A DNA stretch of 64,000 nt from Fistulifera solaris. Taxonomy: Eukaryota. Below are positions 24,098 through 34,842 of this stretch, one piece after another. The translations under genes were made by a program, and so were the position numbers. The notes beneath the pieces were generated by a model. That model saw only the letters and a list, made by a program, of their open reading frames with translations. It made no database searches and was not told the DNA's origin. The stretch is from the NCBI GenBank assembly GCA_030295235.1, contig AP026143.1, positions 682,001-746,000 of the forward strand. The letters run 5' to 3'. Within the stretch, counting starts at the first letter, position 1; every line of letters begins with the position of its first letter.

Positions 24098-25477
24098 CTA
24101 TGCAAATGCAGTGACAAAGTCATCGCCCAATCTCTTTAATACGTCGGACCACTTGGTCATTCCCTCCAACATACGATCTGTATCGACACGACAAAACTGA
24201 TTCGATTGCACCAGCTTTTCAAAACTGTCCTTCACAGCGCCAATATCAGCAAACTCTGGAGCGTAATATTGCTCCCAATGAATACTTTCTTGCAAAAGCT
24301 CTTCCAAGTCTTCCACTGAGGGACAGATGAGTGGCATATTTGTAATGGTCATGTTCATAGTGGTCAAATTAGCCACAATATCGTGACGCATGACATTGTT
24401 CGTATCAAGGATACCTTTTTCCGCCGCCGCATAAACAATATTATCAAAGAAATACTCCAAACCACTTCTCGCATTGGCGTGAATTTCTCTTCCTTGCGTT
24501 CGATAGTACTCACACGAACGCGTCGCATGCGGCATCGCGTCACAAACAAACTGCTCCGTAATCTTTTGCGTCGGATGATGCATATTGAGCACGGTAACAG
24601 TGACATTCAAATCATACCACTGCGCCAAATCGTCCGGTAAGTAATGCGATCGGAGTCCGAACCGTTCGTGTTTTCGCAACAACCTGACTTCGTTCCATGA
24701 ATCCAATGCTTCTCCGCCTTCGTGCGGCCACAATTGTCGTTCTCGTAATTCATAATCGCGTTGTTTGCGGGCACTGATGAGCCATTCATGAAATCGACGG
24801 TACACCGCCACGACCGAAACGTCCCAGCGTTCTTGGAGAAAGGGCAGAAAATCCTGTTGCACGCGTTCGACGGCTTCGAGATCCCAAATGGCTTTGGAGT
24901 AGACTTCTTCAGACAATAATATATTCTTCCCGCGCCAGCGTTCATCATCAAGCAATCGTAAGAAGCGTTGATAACACGGATGTTTGGGTTTTTCGCGCAA
25001 TTTGTAAGGACAGTACAGTAAGACTTCTTGCAGTGCCCTTAAAAAGGTGTATCGTCCCAAGTATATGTAATTGTCGGCTTTGAATGTATGTTTTCGGAAC
25101 TTGTAAAAGAAGTCTTTTTGTAAAGTCGTGGAAGCTGTCTTTTCTGGACCGATATGAATGACAAGATGCGGTTTTGTTGCGTTGTTTGCGGATGAATGTG
25201 TTGGTGTATACAGATCCGAGGACGATGAGGATTCGTTAAAATCGCCTTCGGAAGGAAAGGAATCGTCATCCGACGGATAACTCGAAAAGTTGTTCAGTGT
25301 TTGTACAGGTATCACTTGAGAAACGGCTGCAATTGTTGAAATATCCGCCTGCGGTGGAAGTGATGAAGGAATTTCGATCCCATTGAAGACATTCCAAGTA
25401 ATGCTGGCTACCCAAAGAGCTGCTATTCCCACTAGAAGTCGGACTGTCAAGAATGCTTGTTTTATTCTTGGTTTCAT
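24098..25477 (-). CDS. Type II membrane protein with a sulfotransferase-like P-loop (diatom family)
   Basis: N-terminal TM anchor, Ser-rich stem, LVIHIGPEKTASTTLQ (5'-PSB-like loop), NILLSEE, VVAVYRRFHEWLIS. Confidence 0.65.
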   Translation of the reverse strand: MKPRIKQAFLTVRLLVGIAALWVASITWNVFNGIEIPSSLPPQADISTIAAVSQVIPVQTLNNFSSYPSDDDSFPSEGDFNESSSSSDLYTPTHSSANNATKPHLVIHIGPEKTASTTLQKDFFYKFRKHTFKADNYIYLGRYTFLRALQEVLLYCPYKLREKPKHPCYQRFLRLLDDERWRGKNILLSEEVYSKAIWDLEAVERVQQDFLPFLQERWDVSVVAVYRRFHEWLISARKQRDYELRERQLWPHEGGEALDSWNEVRLLRKHERFGLRSHYLPDDLAQWYDLNVTVTVLNMHHPTQKITEQFVCDAMPHATRSCEYYRTQGREIHANARSGLEYFFDNIVYAAAEKGILDTNNVMRHDIVANLTTMNMTITNMPLICPSVEDLEELLQESIHWEQYYAPEFADIGAVKDSFEKLVQSNQFCRVDTDRMLEGMTKWSDVLKRLGDDFVTAFA

Positions 25478-26111
25478 TGTTGTTATTTGTTGTAAATATG
25501 ATAGGTATAGAATGGAATTGACGGTCCTCGCAGTTGTTGCGGCCGTTGAAGTTTTTTTGTGTGATGCATAATGCGCGCAATGCGCAGCCTTCTAGCAATG
25601 CGAATGATGCGGGAGAAGCCGAGCAATAAGCAATGCCAATGCCGATGTCGTTTCTTGCTTTCATACTGTTTGTCGCAGTCTGTCGTTGAAGATGGCGTCT
25701 TTTTGCGTTTTGTGTTATCAAGGTCATTTTGTATGTACCAGGTGTAAGAACTAAGAACTCAAGAATGACTTGCTTCTACTTTAAGGTGAGAGTTACGACA
25801 CTTTCAACAACAAGTAACTACCCCCGGAGTAGTAACTAACAATCAGTACTCCGGGGGTACCAGTAAGGTTTATATCGGAAAGTGTAGCGACTCAATTGAA
25901 TCCCGTTGACGTTGAACATACGTCATCCGTCTGTCCCCCGCTCATCACTCATTTTCGTCGTGCGCGCACCTTTCGCTTGCATCATCCAATTTCGCGCCTT
26001 CCGATGCAAACAACCGACAATCTTTTTTGTGTTTTTCTCGATGATCAAGAGTTCGCAACACACACATTCGTGGTCTCTTATCATCTGAATTGCGCTTCTT
26101 TCCCCCACAAC

Positions 26112-26941
26112 ATGCGTATTTCCTTTGCTTCGACTCTTCTCTTGGCTTCTACTGCCAGCGCTTTCACACACATTCATTCGCGTCCTACCTTTTCCACTCG
26201 CATCATGGCAACGTCTCAAGACGAACTGAAAAAACTCGTTGGTTACAAAGCCGTCGATGATTATGTCAAAAGCGGCATGGTCGTTGGTTTGGGAACCGGC
26301 AGTACGGCGTATTATGCCGTCGAACGTGTCGGCGAAAAACTCAAATCCGGTGAATTGAAAGACATTCTCGCCATTCCGACTTCGGTCCGTACCAAAGAGC
26401 AAGCCGAATCACTCGGCATTCCTCTCGTCACGTTGGATACACATTCCAAATTAGATGTCGCCATTGATGGAGCCGATGAAGTCGATCCGGAACTGAATCT
26501 CACCAAAGGTGGTGGCGGTGCCTTGTTTCGTGAAAAGATTGTCGAAGTCTGTGCCGACAAGTTCATTGTCATTGTGGATGAATCCAAATTGTGCGACGGC
26601 TTGGGACCGGGATTTCCCATTCCGGTCGAAATTGTGCCCTTTGTCACGAACACACGATGCGCATGATTGGGAATTTGCCGTCCTGCAAAGGAAAGTGTAA
26701 GCCCGTCTTGCGTTTGGGCAGTGCGGCCAACAACAAAGTCGATGGAGACGAACCGGCCGTCACGGACAATGGAAATTACATTGTGGATTTGCACTTCGAA
26801 GAACCAATCAAAGATCCGACGACTATGGGAAAAGAAATTAAGAATGTTGTTGGTGTTGTAGAACATGGTTTGTTCTGTGGTATGTCGACGGCGGTCATTA
26901 TTGCGGGGTCGGATGGTATTTCGGTCAAGGAGGCCAAGTAA
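26112..26941 (+). CDS. rpiA: Plastid ribose-5-phosphate isomerase A; frameshift near 26643
   Basis: Bipartite signal MRISFASTLLLASTASA-FT; GLGTGST, DGADEVD, KGGGGALFREKIV; next frame VTDNGNYIVD, GVVEHGLF. Confidence 0.93.
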
Positions 26942-27027
26942 CTATAATATGCGCAATAAATGATAAATTTGATAAATAAAGCGACGTCGCTTTAGCACTA
27001 TCATACTTTAAACTAGTCTATAGTGGA

Positions 27028-28217
27028 TTACTTGGCGTTCTTGGTTGTCAACGCCATATTGCTCGTCCGTCTTCGTTGTAAAAGATGCAAGAGCAACCGA
27101 CTCGATTCATCGGGGATTCCCGGCAGACAGTGATGCAAACAATCTCCATCCGTACTCACTGCACCAATGCGCAGACCCGGTTGTTGGATGTACCAATGAT
27201 AGGTATCTAAAAACTCCAATTGCTGCGAAGGACCCAAGACTTGTTGCAAGGTATCTTCGACTAAAGCATTTTGAGCACGAAAATTCCACCAGTAAAACTC
27301 CTTTCGTTTCTCGTCCGCCATGTACCACGGCAAGGACTCTACATGCTGTTCCATTCTTGTTAACAAGAAAGATGAATTATTTTCGAAATAGAGGTAGGGA
27401 ACCGGAAATGTTTCACATTGCGGTATACCAGGTGCCGTCGTCCGCCAAATGAAGACACGATCGTCATTCTGCTCGAGCCATGTTCGAAACAATGGTAATA
27501 CTTGTTGCAATTGTGGAAAGAACACATCATCGGGATCATACCACGCTCCACGATTCACTACTAGGATATCGGGTTGATATTGATCAATCATTTGTTGTGC
27601 CCCTTCGAGTGCTAATTTGTTGCTGCGACTCCAAAAGATGGTAGTGTTTTGGCAGCATTTGAATTCTTCCAGCACTTTACGCTCCACGGTGGGTTCTGCA
27701 TTCAGCAAGTACTTCTTTTCAATCACAACCAGTGAGAAAGAAGCATTTCGGATACCATACGACTGTCATCACAGAAGAATAGGGGTACGTACCAACGAGC
27801 GAAAGATTTGCCAGGAAATTGAGTCACCAATGAATCCCAACGTCTTGTGTTCCAACACTTCACACAGTGTTGCGGGATCCCATTCGACTAACTGGCACGC
27901 GTCGTCCACATTCCATTGCGTGGGATAATATCCCTTTCCGTTGGTGTAACAGGTTTCTTCCCATGGCGTCGAACGATATCGCAATGGTTGAGTTTGATTG
28001 TACGTCCAGAATCCTTGCTGCACTTGTTCGCGTGAACAATAGGGCAGAACCGAAGGAGCAGCTACTGAAGTGGATGTCTCTTCCAAGTCAGATGTGGCAT
28101 ACAAAATGACTCGCCCTTTTGATCGATCAAACGATATTGTTTCGCCAGTAAAAAAGGAGACAGAATGCCAACCAGAACGGTGCCCGCAATCACTACGTAG
28201 GAAACAGGGCGCTTCAT
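27028..28217 (-). CDS. Trichome-birefringence-like/PC-esterase polysaccharide O-acyltransferase (frameshifted)
   Basis: N-terminal TM, GFIGDSISWQ (GDS motif), ILVVNRGAW, FIWRTTAPG, DCLHHCLPG (DxxH motif). Frame breaks near 28130 and 27770. Confidence 0.78.
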
Positions 28218-28719
28218 GATGAATCGTCTTGTCTTTGTGATCGATTAAAGTCGACTATCTAATAACAAGGAGACTCTCCTCATATATTATAATTTACAAA
28301 CAAAGTTTATGATTGTGTTGTATACTGGTTTTGCCTCAAAAGCCCAAAAGCGAAATAAAGCGAAAAGCGGAAGAGATGCGCGTGGGAGGTGGGAGGTGGG
28401 AATGACGTCCCTACATTTCGTTATATTGTAAATCCGCTTCTATGACCTTTCATGTAATAATTATTGTTGCTTAAGAGAAATCACACTCTGTGATAGTGTA
28501 GAGAGGAGTGTTTCGCGTTTCGCGGACTCGTGACTTGGGTTGGTGAGACACGAGCTTAAAATCGTTTCGTATCGCGTTTCAACGCGCAAAACGCTTTTGT
28601 TCTTTTATTCTTCTTCGTTTATTTGCGATGACCGCATGATGAGCAACCACCAACATGACGGGTTGACTCTTTCAGCTTCTAACGTATCGAAGAAAATATT
28701 TGATAATCGTCAATAACTC

Positions 28720-30384
28720 ATGAGACTCAACGAAGAGGAAGAAGAGGAAGAATTCGGGCTCGAGGAAGTCGGTGACGAAGAGGAATTGCTGTTAGTCGTT
28801 TCGCACAAGGAAGCCAAAGAGACACCCGTTCCTCGCAATTGTTTCAATCTATATACGGCTCTTCTCGTCTGGGTGATCAGTGCAGTTTTATTTTATCAAA
28901 TAGGCCAATGGAATTGTCAAAGAAGATCCGAGAATGTTGATCTGGCAATATTCTCCGAACAAGTTCAAGAAGAAACAACGATGCCAGACAATGTCACCAC
29001 CCTTTCTGACGACGACGAAGATGACCCACTCGATGATGAGCCACTCGATCAACCATTTTTACCGTTCGGCGATGACCGCAAAGACTATCGTCGTGTGTGT
29101 GCCCAGGTACATTCATCGGAATTGTGCTTGACACTTCGTTTTCCGTTTGATGTCGAACCACAAGACCCACAATTCGAATATCCGCACCCGTTCGAGGAAC
29201 GTATGTATGATTTGGACCCTGCCATGCACATTCTGGATGGTGCCGATTTGATTCAGTGTCGACAGGATACAGCAAATATGACAAGTTTGAAGGATAAAGT
29301 TCTCACGTGTCTCGAACGGTTTGCTCTTGCGCAAACCAATCCGACCAACACGGTGGTCGGTGTGTGGACCCGGACGGTGCTGACACCCACTCGAGGAGAA
29401 ACAGACTTTTATGGTGTACACTTGTTGGAAGAGCAAGGGCAACGGATCAATGACTTCTTTAAAAATCATGTGATACTCGTCTTGGGGGCTTCGCCCACTC
29501 CAGCCGTCACGGAATGTCTCTCCTCTTTGTTCGGACGCTGTTCCAACGGAGGAATCAAACCTGTTTCGAGTCTTTGTGAAAGTCACAATAATAGAATGTT
29601 GCAGGATCGAGATTTGGGCAATTTGTACACGTACGGAAGCCTACCCGAAAATAAAACATTTATCGGCGTCATGGGCTACTATCCAAACGATGACTATCAC
29701 GGACGCCACCATTCTCTCTCCGCCAAAGATATTCCCGAGCTCCTTCAAGGGCCCGACTTTCAGCGTCCCAATCCGCAAATCAAACGAAAGCTATCCTTCA
29801 TTATTGATCATCCGATTGCGCACGTGCAAAATGAGAACATGATCATGGAGGAATGGGACACCATCGCCGCAATTCAACAGGGATTTCCGCAACAAATCAT
29901 GAATATTTATTCTCCCGAGGGACGTACCATTTTGAGCGAGGCCGGTTGGGAGCCAGGACATGTCATTGCTTTTGACGGTATTCCTCAGTTTAATCCGTCC
30001 AAAACAGGAGCATTCGATTGGAGTTTAAAAACAATCATGAACGAGGAGAAATTCATTGCTAACAATGGATACGAAGGTTGGATGGAAGATTATGGTACCA
30101 AATGTCGCGGTCCGCTGCCACCGCAGTCCGCGCTCAAGAAAGTGAATGAGCTCGCTCGAGAGGGCTATCAAAACGCGGGTCTAGATCCGAATTTTTATGG
30201 CCGTATTTGGGAGTTCGCGAATCAATTTTGGTTCGCCGTGAAAGGATGGACGAAAGACAAGGGGTTGGATTGCACCCATGCCAAACAATATGGTACGGGA
30301 TTGTCGTGTGTTCACAAATACTTTTTGCAACTGATGATTGATGATCACTACCGGACGATTGAGGAACGGCGAGAAAGAAGTTGA
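28720..30384 (+). CDS. Type II membrane protein, possible divergent SGNH/PC-esterase-like enzyme
   Basis: 554 aa ORF with a single N-terminal TM, LVLGAS and a C-terminal GLDCTH motif. Confidence 0.6.
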   Translation: MRLNEEEEEEEFGLEEVGDEEELLLVVSHKEAKETPVPRNCFNLYTALLVWVISAVLFYQIGQWNCQRRSENVDLAIFSEQVQEETTMPDNVTTLSDDDEDDPLDDEPLDQPFLPFGDDRKDYRRVCAQVHSSELCLTLRFPFDVEPQDPQFEYPHPFEERMYDLDPAMHILDGADLIQCRQDTANMTSLKDKVLTCLERFALAQTNPTNTVVGVWTRTVLTPTRGETDFYGVHLLEEQGQRINDFFKNHVILVLGASPTPAVTECLSSLFGRCSNGGIKPVSSLCESHNNRMLQDRDLGNLYTYGSLPENKTFIGVMGYYPNDDYHGRHHSLSAKDIPELLQGPDFQRPNPQIKRKLSFIIDHPIAHVQNENMIMEEWDTIAAIQQGFPQQIMNIYSPEGRTILSEAGWEPGHVIAFDGIPQFNPSKTGAFDWSLKTIMNEEKFIANNGYEGWMEDYGTKCRGPLPPQSALKKVNELAREGYQNAGLDPNFYGRIWEFANQFWFAVKGWTKDKGLDCTHAKQYGTGLSCVHKYFLQLMIDDHYRTIEERRERS

Positions 30385-30624
30385 AGAAACTAGTTACGTA
30401 GTACTCCGTACTACGTACATCTCTATTTTGATAACGATTTTGCACAATCTTGGAGCAAATTTGTACCGACGTAGTGAACTGTGATGTGCGCCATCTTAGT
30501 TTTACAATGTAGTCCCTACATTTTCGACTTCTTGTTTGGCTTTAGACTAATTAGAGTGCTGGCTTGGAGAGCAAGCACGAAGTATAGTTGCTTCATCGTC
30601 CACCTAGGCGTTTTGTGCGCGAAG

Positions 30625-31415
30625 GTTTGATGATGACAGGACCGTTCACACAGATTTTCTGTATGACGAAGTACACTCTTTCCAGATTTTCTGGAATTTA
30701 CACAGCATTGCTGTACAATGAAATACACCGTCTCCAAGCTCCTGAGATTCTGGAACAAGCACAAAACATCTGTATGATTTTGGAACTAAAAACACTGAAT
30801 ATTTTCTGTACGGTAGGGTTTGATGATGAAATACACCTGGTCCAGAATTTCTGGATCATTCACACAGATTTTCTGTATGACGAATTACCCTTTTCCAGAA
30901 TTTCTTGAATTTACACAGCATTGCTGTACGATGAAATACATTGTCTCCAGAGATTCTGGAACGAGCGCAAAACATCTTTATGATTTTGAAAATAAAAACA
31001 CAGAAAATATTTTGCACGGTAGGGTTTGATGGTGAAATACACCAGGTCCAGAATTTCTGGACCAGTCACACAGATTTTCTGTAAGACGAAGTACAGTCTT
31101 TCCAGATTTTCTGGAATTTACTCAGCATTGCTGTACGATGAAATACACCGTCTCTAGAGAGAGATTCTGGAACAAGCACAAAACATCTGTATGATTTTGA
31201 AAATAAAAACACAGAAAATTAGGAATAAATATTTAGATAAATTGCCGCATTCTGTACGGTAGGGTTTGATGGTGAAATACACCAGGTCCAGAATTTCTGG
31301 ACCGTTCACACAGATTTTCTGTGTGACGAAGTACACTCTTCCAGATTTTCTGGAATTTACACAGCATTGCTATACGATGAAATACACCGTTTCCAGAGAT
31401 TCTGGAACGAGCACA
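30625..31415. repeat. Tandem repeat family B-related array (reverse orientation), ~206-240 bp unit x ~3.7
   Basis: cacacagattttctgt recurs near 30646, 30861, 31067 and 31307. Same GGTCCAGAATTTCTGGACC core and ~52 bp sub-periodicity (gatgaaatacacc). Confidence 0.9.
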
Positions 31416-31524
31416 ACCTTGAATACCCCGGAGTATTATTTTTTGCAACGCGCAAAAATGATTTTTATTGCAAACGCCCTTTCACAAATACTAATAACAT
31501 CATTCTTCAGAAACGAAATACAGA

Positions 31525-32861
31525 ATGAGCAACAAAGAAGACTTTCTGGAACTCATTCCGCAGGAAGTGGCACCCAGGCTTCATCGGATCGACCGAAAAT
31601 ATTATCATGAAAGCACCTGGCCGGTCTACCGGATGATTCGGTGTCCTTCGCATGTTCGTGATCTTTACCGAAGCGAACAAGATCATCCCACAGTTATTCA
31701 AACAGGAAACGGAACCATGATCTATGTTAGGCGTTATCTAATGGTGGATCATGGGAAAGACTATTTACTTATCATCGACTGGAAAGTAGATGAGACTGAT
31801 GTGTGCTGTCATATTATAGGACCTTCGAAAGAAGCTGTATTAGAAACCGCCACTATGATTTACAATTTACCGTCGACGAGTTTGGATTTCTTTCAAATTC
31901 ACACTCGCGATGCATTCCCAACAATCGACTTATTTCATTGGTTTTACGCGAACTATACATCAACCCATTTTTCATTTGCTTTCGATTCACGCCGCTCCGA
32001 GTATTTAGGCATCCGGCGAACTTCGGAACGTTGCGCCATGACATACCAAGGAAAGCTTCTTCCATCGCTTTTACCAGGTATCGCAACACTGCCAAATCTC
32101 CAGGAAGCATCTTTCTGCCATTGCTGGTATGCGATGCCGACCAAAGAGACGCTTCTGGCTCTCGCGCTACCGGCACGAAAAATAGCTCTTCGCATCAACG
32201 AAGCTACGTTCAAGAGAAGTGCGCTTGATTCCGTTCACATCATTGCAAAAGAGGTTGAAATTGTCTTCTCCACTCGTTCCATGTTTCCAAGCGAGCTCAC
32301 GGTTTCGTTTTTAAGACGAATGGGGCACTCGGGCCAGCTGGAACGAGTGTCATTCCAATACAGTCCAAAGGCCAGTCTACCTGACAACGTAAGCGTTTCC
32401 TTTCCGAAAATGTCGCACAGGAGTTAGTGAGAATCCTAAGGACTAATGCTCATCTGAGAGTTTTGCAGTTTCACAACATTACCTTGGAGGGGAAACACGC
32501 CAAGGAAGTTCTTGTCGCAATAAAACAGAATACGAAATTGTGGCGTGCCGAAACTGAATCATCTCAGAATCGAACGTTTTCATATAACAGAGATCCTATT
32601 GAATTTGCCGGGACCATTAATCGGTATTTGGCGGATTTCACTCGCTTCTTCCGCCTTGCAAAAGAACCTCCTGCTATTCGACAAGCCTTACTGGGAGAAG
32701 TGCTGAACGGAAAGTCGGTCAAGGATTTTCAGTTTATTGCGTCGTTTCTGGAACAGAATGTCGACACTTTGTGTGAGATCCTCCAAATTTTACCTGACAC
32801 TGTTGAGCCGGCGTTCAAGCGAGCGCGCAGAAACGAGGAAAACGTTGAAAGGGCTGTGTAA
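31525..32861 (+). CDS. Hypothetical protein of a diatom-expanded LRR-like family; frameshift near 32410
   Basis: Two abutting ORFs (300 aa and 144 aa). One added A in CCGAAAATG restores PKNVAQELVRIL. C-terminal FIASFLEQNVDTLCEIL. Confidence 0.6.
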
Positions 32862-33129
32862 TAATGCGGTATGTGATACATCTTGCTTGTGCGACCGCGC
32901 AGCGATCATCGTATCATACTGACTTGCAGCTTTAATGTTTGCTGTAAAGAGTATTAGAGGCGAACGGTGACGAAGAATAATCAAAGTGCAGAGTATTCGG
33001 TTGCGTTTCTGGATGCACGCGAGTGCTGCGATTCGTTCAACATTTGGGAATTTACATGTCTCGTTTATCAATAAGGGCGAAGGAAGAGTTAACTAAAAGT
33101 AAATAATTTCAATATTGTTGTTTTTTGCT

Positions 33130-34085
33130 ATATGACTGTTTATTTACTGTTACTGTTGCGTCAGATTGATGTTTTAGGCCAGCTTTGGCTGGCGCAGGCT
33201 CAGTCTTTTGCTGAGACTGTGTGGAAGAGAGCTTACACTTTTGTGGTCCATTTTTCACCTCTTTTGGGCGCCGCCCTTTGTCGGACGGGGGACGCGTATG
33301 CTTATGCAATCAAACAACCCCCATTTGGGGTCGGGTAGAGCGAGCCTTCTCGATGCTGGGACTTGGCCCTAACACGGGGCCGCCACCTCAAGGTATGCCT
33401 TCTCAGTCGACTTTTGTCGCCGGGGTCATCCTTCGGGTGGAATTTCTACCATGCTGCCTTAATATGGAGCTAACCTCTTCCAGCTGGTTTTCAGCCGGCC
33501 CTCCTTTGGCGGGGGTCGGCCGCCAATCTGGGGGACGCCACCGGGATAGGTATGGTCATCGCAATCGGTCGTATCGGTCCTCCTTGGAGGCCGTCGCCGT
33601 TGGTGCCATCCTCCTCTGTCGTGGAATTTCCATGGCAACTTTACGGAGTGATTGCATACCAGGTCGTCACCGTGGATTTCTGCTGGGAGGCTTTCCTCCC
33701 GCACGACACCATCTTTGGATGTCGAGAAAGCTTCTCTCCTCTTACTTCGCAACCTGCCACGCATACGCTGGTACCAACACTGAAGTTACCCTCAGGCCGC
33801 ACTTTGTCCATGGTATTTGCCATGGCGCTTTGAAAAAGAGAATCAAGGCGAGGAGCGGTGAAGGCCCCGAGGCGCAGCACATACACTCATTCCTTGAAAC
33901 AGAGAATTTGAGGCGAGGAGCGGTGAAGGCCTCAGGGCTCAGCACATCACTCGGCCTCTCTCCAGAGCAAGAGAAGGACGGAGGCTCAAGGCACACGCGA
34001 TTTCTCGTTGCTCCCATTGTGGCAGGAAGCTACTCCGCAGGGCCCGTGCACTACCCGTCGGTATGAGGCTTCCCTGCGGACGAAG
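33130..34085. other. GC-rich, hairpin-dense island (TE fragment or structured RNA) with a 65 bp-spaced direct repeat
   Basis: Abrupt GC increase relative to the flanks and multiple stem-loops. aggcgaggagcggtgaaggcc occurs at 33846 and 33911. No recognisable protein motif. Confidence 0.5.
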
Positions 34086-34753
34086 ATCATTATATTATCT
34101 GACTGCAATAAGCAAAATAGAAACAAGATGAGCGAGTGACAAGGTGCACTGCTCTGTTAGTGACAAATCGCACTTCGTGTGTGATTTGACACAAGGTGCA
34201 ATTTGTGAGAAGAAAGAAGGATGCATGCGACAGGTTGAATGTCAAGTAAGTCTTGCGGAGCGCCGTTTCTTTTCAGCCGTTTCCGTTTTCGAGACCAGTT
34301 TCGATCGCCAATTTAAATTTGCGTCTCCGACGAAAACGGGATTGATGAATTCAACAAAGCAAAACCGAAATACAAATCAAACAAGTAAATAATAATCATC
34401 AAGATCATTATGAATGAGCAAAGACGACAAACGCGAGAACGAAAAATAAGAACGTTGCGTACTACCGGAGTACGTAATAAGCATCGCATCGCATCGTGTT
34501 ATTTCGAGCTTTGCTCCGTTTACTATAGCGAAAACTGTAGTAGGTTACCTACATCGGTAAAATTCCTACGAAGCTAACGTGAAATCGTCGTAGACTTGCG
34601 ATGCGACGCATCTTTCTTCGTTGCTTCGCTTTGAGTCCAGTTGTTGTCAAATACTAATTATCAATGAAACGTTTCTACGTTGGTGATAAGCTGATAGTCA
34701 CTTTTGTTGCAAAGGGACCCAAGAGTTCACTCAATCTGTATGTTTTTTTTTCG

Positions 34754-34842
34754 CGGGGAACGAGCCCCCCGCTTCCGCTTGCGGGAAGGCCGAGAACGAA
34801 AGAAAAGCTCCCTGCAGGGCTAGCCTGCCCCGGGCGGCTTGC
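34754..34842 (+). mobile_element. Degenerate Helitron 3' terminus homologous to 2615-2693
   Basis: gagccccc..cgcttgcgggaaggccgagaacgaaa..ccctgcagggctag..ggcggct matches the 3' end of the Helitron at 2210-2693. Confidence 0.75.

Noticed and set aside
32389..32420. 32 nt GT-AG intron restoring the frame
   Set aside because: Much shorter than the other introns here (71-134 nt). A single missing A explains the break equally well.
33360..33380. Telomerase RNA template (CCCTAAC)
   Set aside because: Only 7 nt, buried in a hairpin, with no other supporting feature.
33221..34066. 281 aa ORF as a real protein
   Set aside because: No recognisable motif, and long ORFs arise easily in GC-rich DNA. Kept only as part of the island finding.
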